IMG/VR virus record: IMGVR_UViG_3300042371_000459
Span: 1-26,105 of that record
Source of the DNA: a virus
Taxonomy: Duplodnaviria > Caudoviricetes
Length of the DNA: 26,105 nt
Reading direction: 5' to 3' (one strand)
Shown: positions 5,747-14,015 of the stretch, piece by piece
Layout: each line of letters starts with the position of its first letter
How positions within the stretch are numbered: the first letter of the stretch is position 1
The notes under the pieces: model-generated
Told to the model about the DNA's origin: nothing
The model's database searches: none
What the model saw: the letters and a program-made list of their open reading frames with translations, nothing else
Made by a program: the position numbers and the translations under genes

Positions 5747-7575
5747 TGCAACTAATGTCGATAGATTTTGAGAGCTTCTATTCCAAATCATATAGCCTAT
5801 CTAAACTTACTACAGAAGAGTATATAAATGGTGATGAGTTTGAAGTTATTGGACTGTCTATTAAGTTAGGGGATACACCAACGGCGTGGTACACAGGCAG
5901 TCAATTAGAGATAGCTGAAACGCTTAATCAATTTAATTGGAAGAACATTACCCTGATAGCACACAACTGTTTCTTTGATGCCAGCATCTTGTCTCTTGCG
6001 TTTAACATTTACCCTGCTAGATATATCGACACTCTATCTATGGCTAGAGCTATACATGGTATATCGGTAGGGGGGAGCCTAGCTAAACTAGCGACACATT
6101 ATGAGCTAGGAGAGAAAGGTACTGAGGTAGTAGATGCATTGGGTAAGCACTTAAAAGACTTTACTGCGGCTGAGTTAGCTAAGTATGGAGAGTATTGTAT
6201 TAATGATACTGAGTTAACCTATGCCTTATTCCAAAAGCTTATAGCCCATTACAACGCCACTGAGTTAAGCCTAATAGATATGACCATTAAGATGGGTGTT
6301 GTGCCTAGGTTGATGGTAGATATGGCTATACTGGAGAGCCACTTGTATGAAGTGAAGAGAGCCAAGGAGTTTATACTAGAACAAGTATCTGCTGATAAGT
6401 CTGAGATTATGAGTAACCCTAAGTTCGCTAAGTTGTTAGAATACTATGGGGTAGATGTGCCAATGAAGTTATCTCTTAGGACAGGTAAGATGACCTATGC
6501 GTTTGCTAAGACGGATGATGGGCTGAAGGACTTACTTGAACACCCTAACTTAGTAGTACAAGCATTGGTTGCCGCTAGGTTAGGAGTTAAGTCTACTATA
6601 GAAGAGACACGCACTGAGCGGTTTATAGGCATTGCAAATCGTATGGGTAGGCTACCTATCCCCCTTAACTACTATGGTGCGGCTACAGGTAGATGGTCTG
6701 CGGGTGGTGGGCAGAAGGTGAACTTCCAGAACCTACCTAGGGGAAGCATGATTAAAGAAGCGATCATAGCCCCTGAAGGCTATCTAATAGTAGGTGCTGA
6801 CTTATCAAACATAGAACTACGTGTGGGTATGTGGGTAGCTGGTGAGACAGAAGCACTAAGGTTATTAGGTGAGGGTGGGGATTTATATAAAGAGTTTGCT
6901 AGTAAAGCCTTTGATGTTCCCTATGATGAGGTTACTAAAGAACAAAGGTTTATAGGTAAGCAATCGCAGCTATCATTAATATTTGGGGTGGGGGCTACCA
7001 AGCTAAGGCTGGCAATAAAAACTCTTTCGGGGGTAGACTTAGGCGAGGTAGAGTCTAAGCGGATCGTTGACCTATACAGAGCCACTTACACAGGCGTTAC
7101 TAATCTATGGAAGTTATGTACTACTGCTATTAAAACTATAGCAGAGAACGGGGAGTACACGTTTGGCACTGGGAACTTGTATGTAGTAGAGGGTACTAAA
7201 GGCATTAGGTTCCCATCAGGTATGTACATGCAGTATCCACAACTTGCTAATGTTATAGATGAGAAGACAGGAGAGCAAGGATATAAGTACAAACTACGCA
7301 ATGGCTATGATAGACTATACGGCGGTAAATTAACAAACAATCTAGTGCAGGGCACAGCCCGATGCATTATGTCAGAAGCAATGGTTAGAGTGAATAAGCG
7401 GTATCCTATCGTACTTACTATTCATGATGCTCTATATATCCTTGCTCCTGAAGCTGAGGCACAGGAAGCCTTAGACTTTTTAATAGAAGAGATGACTAAG
7501 GTTCCCTCATGGATGCCCGGTATACCACTAGCGGCTGAAGGTGGGTATGGTAGAAGCTTAAAAGATGCAGGATAA
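5746..7575 (+). CDS. polA: phage family A DNA polymerase with 3'-5' exonuclease domain
   Basis: 609 aa. Exo I DFE, Exo II HNCFFD, Exo III YCIND; TGRWS; NFQNLP; motif A DLSNIELR; motif B RFIGKQSQLSLIFG; NLVQG; motif C TIHDA. Confidence 0.95.
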   Translation: MQLMSIDFESFYSKSYSLSKLTTEEYINGDEFEVIGLSIKLGDTPTAWYTGSQLEIAETLNQFNWKNITLIAHNCFFDASILSLAFNIYPARYIDTLSMARAIHGISVGGSLAKLATHYELGEKGTEVVDALGKHLKDFTAAELAKYGEYCINDTELTYALFQKLIAHYNATELSLIDMTIKMGVVPRLMVDMAILESHLYEVKRAKEFILEQVSADKSEIMSNPKFAKLLEYYGVDVPMKLSLRTGKMTYAFAKTDDGLKDLLEHPNLVVQALVAARLGVKSTIEETRTERFIGIANRMGRLPIPLNYYGAATGRWSAGGGQKVNFQNLPRGSMIKEAIIAPEGYLIVGADLSNIELRVGMWVAGETEALRLLGEGGDLYKEFASKAFDVPYDEVTKEQRFIGKQSQLSLIFGVGATKLRLAIKTLSGVDLGEVESKRIVDLYRATYTGVTNLWKLCTTAIKTIAENGEYTFGTGNLYVVEGTKGIRFPSGMYMQYPQLANVIDEKTGEQGYKYKLRNGYDRLYGGKLTNNLVQGTARCIMSEAMVRVNKRYPIVLTIHDALYILAPEAEAQEALDFLIEEMTKVPSWMPGIPLAAEGGYGRSLKDAG

Positions 7576-7576
7576 G

Positions 7577-7648
7577 ATGGCACTTAAACAATCGAACAAG
7601 AACCGTAAGAAAAAGAACCCTTTTAAAGCAAGAGAAAGATATGGCTGA
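7577..7648 (+). CDS. possible short basic peptide (23 aa)
   Basis: MALKQSNKNRKKKNPFKARERYG*. AGGA upstream; fills the gap and overlaps the next start. Confidence 0.4.
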   Translation: MALKQSNKNRKKKNPFKARERYG

Positions 7649-7838
7649 CATTGCAGATAAAGCCAACGACCAAGCCCAGCTTATACTAGACAAGCAGATA
7701 GAGATGGCAAAAGGTGCTAAATTAGACATCTTTCCTAATCAGTCGGGGCAATGCTGGGAATGTGACGCCCCTATAACAGATGGTAGGCGGTGGTGTAGTA
7801 AAGAATGTACTGAAAGCGCAGAGAGGAGTGGATGGTGA
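7641..7838 (+). CDS. TraR/DksA-like C4 zinc-finger protein
   Basis: 65 aa with N-terminal DxxDxA (DIADKA), a helix, then CWEC…RRWCSKEC. Confidence 0.7.
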   Translation: MADIADKANDQAQLILDKQIEMAKGAKLDIFPNQSGQCWECDAPITDGRRWCSKECTESAERSGW

Positions 7839-8002
7839 TGGGTAGAGAAGAAAATGTGTACATGAAAGCGTTTCCAAAATTTGTTACTTTATCTGAGCAA
7901 ACACGACTAAACGTGCTTAGGATGATATTAACGGAGGAAGAATACGAACAAGTAGTAGAGCTATACGAAAAAGAAAAAACTTTAAAAAATGAAATGGGCT
8001 GA
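7838..8002 (+). CDS. hypothetical protein (54 aa)
   Basis: TGATG overlap with the upstream gene. MGREENVYMKAFPKF…KNEMG*. Confidence 0.55.
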   Translation: MGREENVYMKAFPKFVTLSEQTRLNVLRMILTEEEYEQVVELYEKEKTLKNEMG

Positions 8003-8060
8003 CTTCATATTCCCCCCTATAAACCTTTGGTGCTACCCTAAACAATATGAGGATTATAAA

Positions 8061-8327
8061 ATGATTACCGAAGAGACAACTGTGAAACCCTTATGGAAAG
8101 CAAAGAGTAGTGTAGACAACATGCAGGTTGGTGGGGATCACTATAAAGATATGTCAATACAACCTTGGACAGTAATGGAATCTATATTAACTTATGAAGA
8201 GTTTGTAGGTTTTCTTAAAGGGAACATTATTAAATACTCAATGAGAGACGGTAAGAAAGAGCACTCTCAAGATGCAGGGAAGGCGGCTCATTACATAGCT
8301 AAACTAATAGAGGTGCAACAGAAATGA
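8061..8327 (+). CDS. DUF3310 / SaV-like / T7 gp1.7-like protein (putative nucleotide kinase family)
   Basis: QVGGDHY…IQPW…GFLKGNIIKY-x-x-R-x-G-K-K…D-x-x-KA-x-HY. GAGGA SD before ATG 8061. The frame is open from ATG 7989, which is an alternative start. Confidence 0.85.
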   Translation: MITEETTVKPLWKAKSSVDNMQVGGDHYKDMSIQPWTVMESILTYEEFVGFLKGNIIKYSMRDGKKEHSQDAGKAAHYIAKLIEVQQK

Positions 8328-8470
8328 GAAAACTATTTAAGAGATGGTTCTGTCCTCCACATAAGTGCTCAAGGTTCCGACAATACTATTCGCTTAACTT
8401 AAAGATATGCACTGAGTGTTATAAAGAGTCCGAGCTTTGGGGCGATAACATAATTAAACACCAACGATGA
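8324..8470 (+). CDS. small Cys/His (Zn-ribbon-like) protein (48 aa)
   Basis: MRKLFKRWFCPPHKC…ICTECYKE…HQR*. GAGG SD and ATGA overlaps at both ends. Confidence 0.6.
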   Translation: MRKLFKRWFCPPHKCSRFRQYYSLNLKICTECYKESELWGDNIIKHQR

Positions 8471-9159
8471 AAACACCTAGCTTCTCATACAGTTCACTGA
8501 GCCAGTTTATCACTTGCCCAAAACAATACGAAGCCCATAAGGTTTTAAAGTACGTTCCTTTTACTGATACAGATGCCACACTGTATGGTAAGGATGTCCA
8601 TTCGGCGGCAGAACACTATATAGGATCAAGCACCCCGTTGCCTGAGAAGTACAACTATATTAAGAGCTACCTTGATACATTAAATAATATCAATGGCGAT
8701 AAGTTCTGTGAGCTTGAACTGGGTATTAAGTTAGAAGATGGAGAGTACGCACTGTGCGAGTTTGAGGCAGAGGATAGGTACTGGCGGGGAATTGCGGATT
8801 TAGTTATTGTAGACGAGGCGGCAGGTAAGGCGTATATTGTGGACTATAAGACAGGTAAGTCTGCCAAGTATGCAGACCCTAAGCAGCTTGCACTACTAGC
8901 TGCGGCGGTGTTCTTGAAATACCCAGCCCTTAAAGTTATTAAAGGGATGCTACTGTTTGTAGTGTCGAAAGAGATAATAAAAGCTGAGTACACGTATGAT
9001 AAACGATTCGAGATATTTGACAAGCTAAAAGAAGTCCTCACTCAGCGTGAGGTAGCTTACGAAACAGGTATCTTTAATACTAAGCCTAATGGCTTGTGCC
9101 GTCAGTGGTGCCAAGCTACACGGTGTATACATAACGGGAGATACAATGGGGATAAGTAG
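8467..9159 (+). CDS. Cas4-like / RecB-family PD-(D/E)XK exonuclease
   Basis: 230 aa. SYSSL…CP, G-x-x-x-H, RGIADL, IVDYKTG, QL, and C-terminal LCRQWC…C. Confidence 0.88.
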   Translation: MKTPSFSYSSLSQFITCPKQYEAHKVLKYVPFTDTDATLYGKDVHSAAEHYIGSSTPLPEKYNYIKSYLDTLNNINGDKFCELELGIKLEDGEYALCEFEAEDRYWRGIADLVIVDEAAGKAYIVDYKTGKSAKYADPKQLALLAAAVFLKYPALKVIKGMLLFVVSKEIIKAEYTYDKRFEIFDKLKEVLTQREVAYETGIFNTKPNGLCRQWCQATRCIHNGRYNGDK

Positions 9160-9313
9160 AACAAGTAACGCAACGCATAGATATTACGACGTTCGTACTG
9201 ACTCGGTGGATTACAAGCGGATCGAACTTGATTTGAAAATTGAACAGATAATACATAACGAAGCAGTAAAACAAAGGGACATACAAAATGCCATACAAAA
9301 ACAAAGCAGATAG
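9146..9313 (+). CDS. hypothetical protein (55 aa)
   Basis: GGAG then ATG 9146 (MGISRTSN…). Fills the gap between two nucleases. Confidence 0.5.
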   Translation: MGISRTSNATHRYYDVRTDSVDYKRIELDLKIEQIIHNEAVKQRDIQNAIQKQSR

Positions 9314-9572
9314 GAACGTAGCTCGTGAGATAGAGCTGGAGAAGAGCCGTCCCGGTGCACATGAGGCTAGGATGGAAAGACAACGTGCTAGGAGAGCGGC
9401 AGACAAAGCGGGTGTAAACAGAACGGGTAAGGACATAGACCATATCAAAGGTACTAAAGCAGGTAATGGAGCGGCTAACTTAAGACTAAGAACCCCTTCA
9501 CAAAACCGATCCTTCTCACGTAATGCAGACCACACAGTAAAAAAGAATGAGCCTCTAGGTAAAAAGAAATGA
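9288..9572 (+). CDS. small HNH endonuclease-like protein
   Basis: 94 aa with GKDIDHIK…NLRL…SQNRS. Confidence 0.75.
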   Translation: MPYKNKADRNVAREIELEKSRPGAHEARMERQRARRAADKAGVNRTGKDIDHIKGTKAGNGAANLRLRTPSQNRSFSRNADHTVKKNEPLGKKK

Positions 9573-9781
9573 AGATAGAGGTAGCGGTTAAATCCGTTCA
9601 GACTATGGCAGTTGATGCAGGACTGCCAGAGAGTTTAATAGACCGTCATATAGATGCACTTTGTAAGATGGCAATAAGGGTTAAGTCTCAAGAAAGGAAA
9701 AACTGTAAGAATCAGTTACGCAAGTGGATGCATGAGACCCCATTGACAAGAGACCCATTACTAAGTATACTAGACGAATAA
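9569..9781 (+). CDS. hypothetical protein
   Basis: 70-aa ORF with ATGA overlap. Confidence 0.65.
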   Translation: MKIEVAVKSVQTMAVDAGLPESLIDRHIDALCKMAIRVKSQERKNCKNQLRKWMHETPLTRDPLLSILDE

Positions 9782-9827
9782 TTTGATTTACTGACTCGTC
9801 CCCATAAGGGACTGTAGAGGATAAATA

Positions 9828-11372
9828 ATGATAATAGAAGTTAAACAGGACAAACTCCTGTCCATAAAAACTGATGACCCTGACGCTATTACGTCAGTGA
9901 TTGATAGAAGTAGGCTGGTAGCTGAAGGAGAAGTGTGGGTTAATTTTGGTTTAGGTGAAGCGCATATACTAAACAACATGAAACTCCCTAATGTGCCATC
10001 ACCTATCCGTACTCAGTATAAGTGGACAGGCATGTATAAACCTTTTGACCACCAGCGGGTAACAGCAGAGTTCTTGACCCTAAATAAGAAGGCGTTCTGT
10101 CTATCTGAAATGGGCACAGGCAAGACCAACTCTGTTATCTGGGCGGCAGACTACCTAATGAAGCTAGGTGTGATAAGACGTATGCTAGTAATCTGCCCTC
10201 TATCCATTATGGATGCCGCTTGGCGTAGGGACTTATTCAGAACAGTCATGCACCGATCAGTAGAGATAGCACATGGTAGTCGTGATAAGAGAGCTGCGAT
10301 TATTAAGGGTAGTGCTGAGATAATCATTATCAATTACGATGGTGTAGAGATTGTTCAAGATGAGATAGATGCAGGAGGCTTTGATCTGATCGTAGTGGAT
10401 GAGGCAACACATCTTAAGAACGTAGCTACTAAGCGTTGGAAAGTACTAAACAAACTAATCAAGGACGATACGTGGTTATGGTTACTGACAGGTACACCTG
10501 CGGCGCAGTCTCCGGTAGATGCCTATGGACTAGCTAAGATAATGAACCCCAAGAGTGTGCCTAGAGCGTTCAATGCATTCAGGGATTTAGTACAGATACG
10601 GCAGTCTATGTTTGTGTTTAGGAACCGTCCAGAGGCAGAGGAGATAGTACATAGCATCTTACAACCTGCCATACGGTACACAAAGGAAGAGTGCTTAGAC
10701 TTACCAGAACTTGTGTATCAGACCAGAGATGTACCGTTAACAGCACAGCAAGAGAAGTACTACAAGTTACTCAAGAAAGAGATGCTTATGATGGCAGGAG
10801 GTGAGGAGATATCTGCGGCTAATGCGGCAGTAGCTTTGAACAAGTTGCTCCAACTATCAGCAGGTGCTGTGTACTCAGATACAGGTGGGGTTATTGAGTT
10901 TGATGTTAAGAACCGATCTACTGAGCTACTAAGTATTATTGATGAGACAGCGCACAAGGTGATCGTGTTCGTTATGTTTAGGCATACTATCGAGATGGTG
11001 CAGAAAGTTCTGACAGATGCAGGGCATACCGTAGACATAATACATGGTGGGGTAAGTGTTGGTAAGAGGGCGGAGATATTCAATCAGTTTCAGACTAGCA
11101 AAGACCCACGCATACTAGTTATTCAACCACAATCTGCTAGTCATGGAGTTACTCTACATGCAGCCGCTACAATTATCTGGTGGGGTATGACCCTATCACT
11201 AGAAACATACATGCAAGCTAATGCACGTATACACAGAGCAGGGCAGATTAACAGATGTACAGTCGTGCATTTAATAGGAAGCTCAGTAGAGAAGAAGGTA
11301 CTAGGTGTACTGGAGAACAAAGGGGCTTCCCAAACGAAGCTATTAGACTTATTTAAAGAGGTATTAGAATGA
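9828..11372 (+). CDS. SNF2-family (SF2) helicase
   Basis: 514 aa. MGTGKT, ICPLS, DEATH, LLTGTP, GVTL, QANARIHRAGQ. Confidence 0.93.
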   Translation: MIIEVKQDKLLSIKTDDPDAITSVIDRSRLVAEGEVWVNFGLGEAHILNNMKLPNVPSPIRTQYKWTGMYKPFDHQRVTAEFLTLNKKAFCLSEMGTGKTNSVIWAADYLMKLGVIRRMLVICPLSIMDAAWRRDLFRTVMHRSVEIAHGSRDKRAAIIKGSAEIIIINYDGVEIVQDEIDAGGFDLIVVDEATHLKNVATKRWKVLNKLIKDDTWLWLLTGTPAAQSPVDAYGLAKIMNPKSVPRAFNAFRDLVQIRQSMFVFRNRPEAEEIVHSILQPAIRYTKEECLDLPELVYQTRDVPLTAQQEKYYKLLKKEMLMMAGGEEISAANAAVALNKLLQLSAGAVYSDTGGVIEFDVKNRSTELLSIIDETAHKVIVFVMFRHTIEMVQKVLTDAGHTVDIIHGGVSVGKRAEIFNQFQTSKDPRILVIQPQSASHGVTLHAAATIIWWGMTLSLETYMQANARIHRAGQINRCTVVHLIGSSVEKKVLGVLENKGASQTKLLDLFKEVLE

Positions 11373-11653
11373 ACGAAGACTTAGAAATACTAGAAATAGA
11401 AGAAGATGGTGATGAAGATGATGAGGGGTTATACGTACTTGTAAAGATTCAGGAGAGTGATCTAGGTATAGGATTTAGTGTACCAGTCGATGAGCCAAAT
11501 GCTGACTACTTTATGAATGTCTTAGATACCCTTTATAAGACTGCAACTGTACAAGCTCTGGAGAATTTAATTAGAAGCTGTGAAAGAAATGAACGAGGCG
11601 TACTTGCTAAAGAGATACGTGCTTATTTAGATACACCCAAAACTTTACACTAG
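11369..11653 (+). CDS. acidic hypothetical protein
   Basis: 94 aa, GAGG SD, ATGA overlap, D/E-rich N-terminus. Confidence 0.7.
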   Translation: MNEDLEILEIEEDGDEDDEGLYVLVKIQESDLGIGFSVPVDEPNADYFMNVLDTLYKTATVQALENLIRSCERNERGVLAKEIRAYLDTPKTLH

Positions 11654-11662
11654 GAGAAAGAT

Positions 11663-11950
11663 ATGAAGAACATATTATTTTTAATGCTATTAGCACCAAC
11701 TATATCTATAGCGGCGGCACTTATACTAACGCCGGGACAGCCTATGCAAGCCATCGTACCTACAGCTAACGGGTACAACATATTAGATATGGGCGGTAAT
11801 GGGGTCACGCAGGTTATGGACGTAGGTGGCATGACAGCCATAGTAGGACCGAATGCACCAGCTACATTTATTTTACATGATAGTGGAACACCAACACCTG
11901 AGATGCTTGTACCTTTACCAAACACTGAGTTAGCCCTACCAATAGAATAG
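11663..11950 (+). CDS. putative exported protein with signal peptide
   Basis: AGGAG SD. MKNILFLMLLAPTISIAAA is signal-peptide-like and is followed by a Gly/Pro/hydrophobic beta-type mature part. Confidence 0.65.
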   Translation: MKNILFLMLLAPTISIAAALILTPGQPMQAIVPTANGYNILDMGGNGVTQVMDVGGMTAIVGPNAPATFILHDSGTPTPEMLVPLPNTELALPIE

Positions 11951-11956
11951 GAGACA

Positions 11957-12343
11957 ATGATGAACGCAGAACAATTAGTTACGGTCTATATAAAGATGCG
12001 TGATGCACTAGTAAAACTCCAAAGAGAGTTTGATGAGAAAGAAGGTGCTATCAAGGCACAGCAAGATATTATTACGCAAGCCTTGTTAGAGATGTGCAAA
12101 GAAATGGGTGCCGAGGGGTTACGTACACCTGCAGGTAGTGTGTTTAAAACAGTTAAAACTAGGTACTGGACTTCAGACTGGGGGAGCATGAAACAATTCA
12201 TTAAAGATAATGATGCATTAGACCTAATGGAACAGAGGGTACACCAAACCAATATGAAAAACTTTTTAGAAGAAAACCCTACTCTCATGCCACCCGGTAT
12301 GAACGTAGATAGTCGTTATAGCATCACAGTTAGGAGAAAGTAA
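11957..12343 (+). CDS. conserved phage replication-module protein, function unknown
   Basis: 128 aa, AGGAG SD. N-terminal coiled coil, then RTPAGS…DW…F…LMEQRV…PPG. Confidence 0.75.
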   Translation: MMNAEQLVTVYIKMRDALVKLQREFDEKEGAIKAQQDIITQALLEMCKEMGAEGLRTPAGSVFKTVKTRYWTSDWGSMKQFIKDNDALDLMEQRVHQTNMKNFLEENPTLMPPGMNVDSRYSITVRRK

Positions 12344-12577
12344 ATGGATGAGGAAGAAGTTTTCTTGACGGGAGCAGAAGTTAGTAAGATACTAGGTCTC
12401 TCCAGCAGGACACTACGTAGGCTTAGACAGGCAGGGGCACTCGACACCTACTATAAAGGTGTACGTAGTACTGTTGTTACCAATGAAAGGCCAGTATACA
12501 GTGCTACTAATGTGGCAGAGTTCTTACGCTTAAAAAATACCATAACCAAAAAACAACCAAACGAGGAAGTACAATGA
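12344..12577 (+). CDS. MerR/excisionase-like winged-HTH DNA-binding protein
   Basis: 77 aa with FLTGAEVSKILGLSSRTLRRLRQAG…Y-S-x-x-x-V-x-x-F. Confidence 0.75.
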   Translation: MDEEEVFLTGAEVSKILGLSSRTLRRLRQAGALDTYYKGVRSTVVTNERPVYSATNVAEFLRLKNTITKKQPNEEVQ

Positions 12578-13464
12578 GCAATGAAATGAGTATCTTTAAA
12601 AATGGCGGTGCAGTACCAGCACATTTTAGAAACGTAGAGCTGAGTGAAACTACTAGAGCCCTTATGGGTGGTACTAGCACTAGACGTATCTCAATCAAAG
12701 GTAATATCTTTCGTATGGTAGTAGGCGGTCAAGAGATTGCTAAGAACGAAGATAGAGCAATGAACATTATCATTGCGGCGGCAGCTCCAAAAACATCTAG
12801 GCAGTTTTATTCTGCGGCTTATCAAGAGGGTGTAGTAACTGCTCCTTCTTGCTGGAGTAATGATGGAGACCAACCTGATAAGAACAGTGAGTCTGCACAA
12901 TCTGTAAACTGTGCAACATGCCCACAAAACATCGCAGGGTCTGCAAAACAAGGATCAGGTAGAGCTTGTCGTTACACACATAGACTGGCTGTACTGTTAG
13001 AGAACGATGCTATCAGTGGTGAGCTGTATGAACTATCTCTAGCCGCTACTTCTCTATTCGGTAAGGGTGAGAACAACAAGATGCCTCTTATGCAGTACGC
13101 TAAGTTGTTAGGTTCAAACGGTCTTAATATTACTGATGTAGTAACTGAGATGCGTTTTGATACAGATTCAGCTACACCTAAGATGGTATTTAGAGCAGTT
13201 CGTGCTTTAGAGATAGAAGAGCTGGAAGCTGTTACTACACATGGCAAATCTCCAGAGGCTAAGATGGCAGTTACTATGTCATTCCAACCAGCTTCAGCTA
13301 AGTCTGCACGATCTGAAGAGCCTGAAGAATTAGAGTTCATAAAGAAAGAAGCACCTAAGCCTAAAGCAGTTGAGACTGCAGAACCTATAGTACGAGAAAA
13401 GAAAGCATCTGCTACCCCTACACCGACCACTATGGAGTCGATTCTTGGGGAGTGGGCTGACTAG
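12574..13464 (+). CDS. putative ssDNA-binding/annealing protein with Cys cluster
   Basis: 296 aa. RISIKG, CWS…CATCPQN…RAC, low-complexity linker and acidic C-terminal tip (LGEWAD). Function inferred from architecture and context. Confidence 0.55.
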   Translation: MSNEMSIFKNGGAVPAHFRNVELSETTRALMGGTSTRRISIKGNIFRMVVGGQEIAKNEDRAMNIIIAAAAPKTSRQFYSAAYQEGVVTAPSCWSNDGDQPDKNSESAQSVNCATCPQNIAGSAKQGSGRACRYTHRLAVLLENDAISGELYELSLAATSLFGKGENNKMPLMQYAKLLGSNGLNITDVVTEMRFDTDSATPKMVFRAVRALEIEELEAVTTHGKSPEAKMAVTMSFQPASAKSARSEEPEELEFIKKEAPKPKAVETAEPIVREKKASATPTPTTMESILGEWAD

Positions 13465-13484
13465 GTAAAACTAGTTACGCTTGT

Positions 13485-13511
13485 GGGGCGGTACAATCCG
13501 CCCCTTTTTTT
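13485..13511 (+). terminator. rho-independent terminator
   Basis: GGGGCGG-tacaat-CCGCCCC followed by T7, 20 nt after the stop at 13464. Confidence 0.88.
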
Positions 13512-13532
13512 CCCGTAAAAAAGGTAGATGCC

Positions 13533-14015
13533 ATGTTAACAGAAAACCAACTAAAAAATTACTGGCGTAAAGTAGATAAAAAAGAGGAGGCTGAGTGCTG
13601 GAACTGGAAGTCCCCTTCTATTGCTAGTGGTTATGGAGTGTTTAAATTTAATTCTCCTAGAGAACAAGGAAGTGCTCATAGAGTAGCTGCTTATATTGCA
13701 GGATTAATTCCGAGTATAAGAAGCCTAAATAACCATGACTATGTATTACATACTTGTGATAATAAGCTCTGCCAAAACCCCGCTCATTTTTTTATCGGAG
13801 ACGCCTCTGATAATAACCGTGATAAATCTCTTAAAGGAAGAGCCCCTAAAGGGGAGACGCATAAAAATTCTAAATTAACTGAGAAGGACGTTGTTTCTAT
13901 TAGAGATACATATTTACAAGGGGGTATTACACATCAAAGACTTGCTGATATATACGGGGTATGTAATCAATTAATATGTATGATTATAAACCGTAGAATT
14001 TGGAGACATGTGTGA
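13533..14015 (+). CDS. free-standing HNH homing-type endonuclease with C-terminal HTH
   Basis: 160 aa. CWNW…GYG…AHR…VLHTCDNKLCQNPAH…DNNRD, then SKLT…LADIYGV…II. Confidence 0.88.
   Translation: MLTENQLKNYWRKVDKKEEAECWNWKSPSIASGYGVFKFNSPREQGSAHRVAAYIAGLIPSIRSLNNHDYVLHTCDNKLCQNPAHFFIGDASDNNRDKSLKGRAPKGETHKNSKLTEKDVVSIRDTYLQGGITHQRLADIYGVCNQLICMIINRRIWRHV

Noticed and set aside
9798-9811. GTCCC-ataa-GGGAC hairpin upstream of the helicase
   Set aside because: The stem is only 5 bp with no U-tract and could arise by chance.
12344-12577. Excisionase as proof of a prophage or temperate lifestyle
   Set aside because: No integrase, att site or host genes are in the window, and this HTH family has many other roles.
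14000-14011. ORF-track start codons at 14000 (and at 3286, 4111, 4391, 4789, 9089)
   Set aside because: Downstream starts have better SD spacing and stop/start overlaps, so I refined the coordinates.
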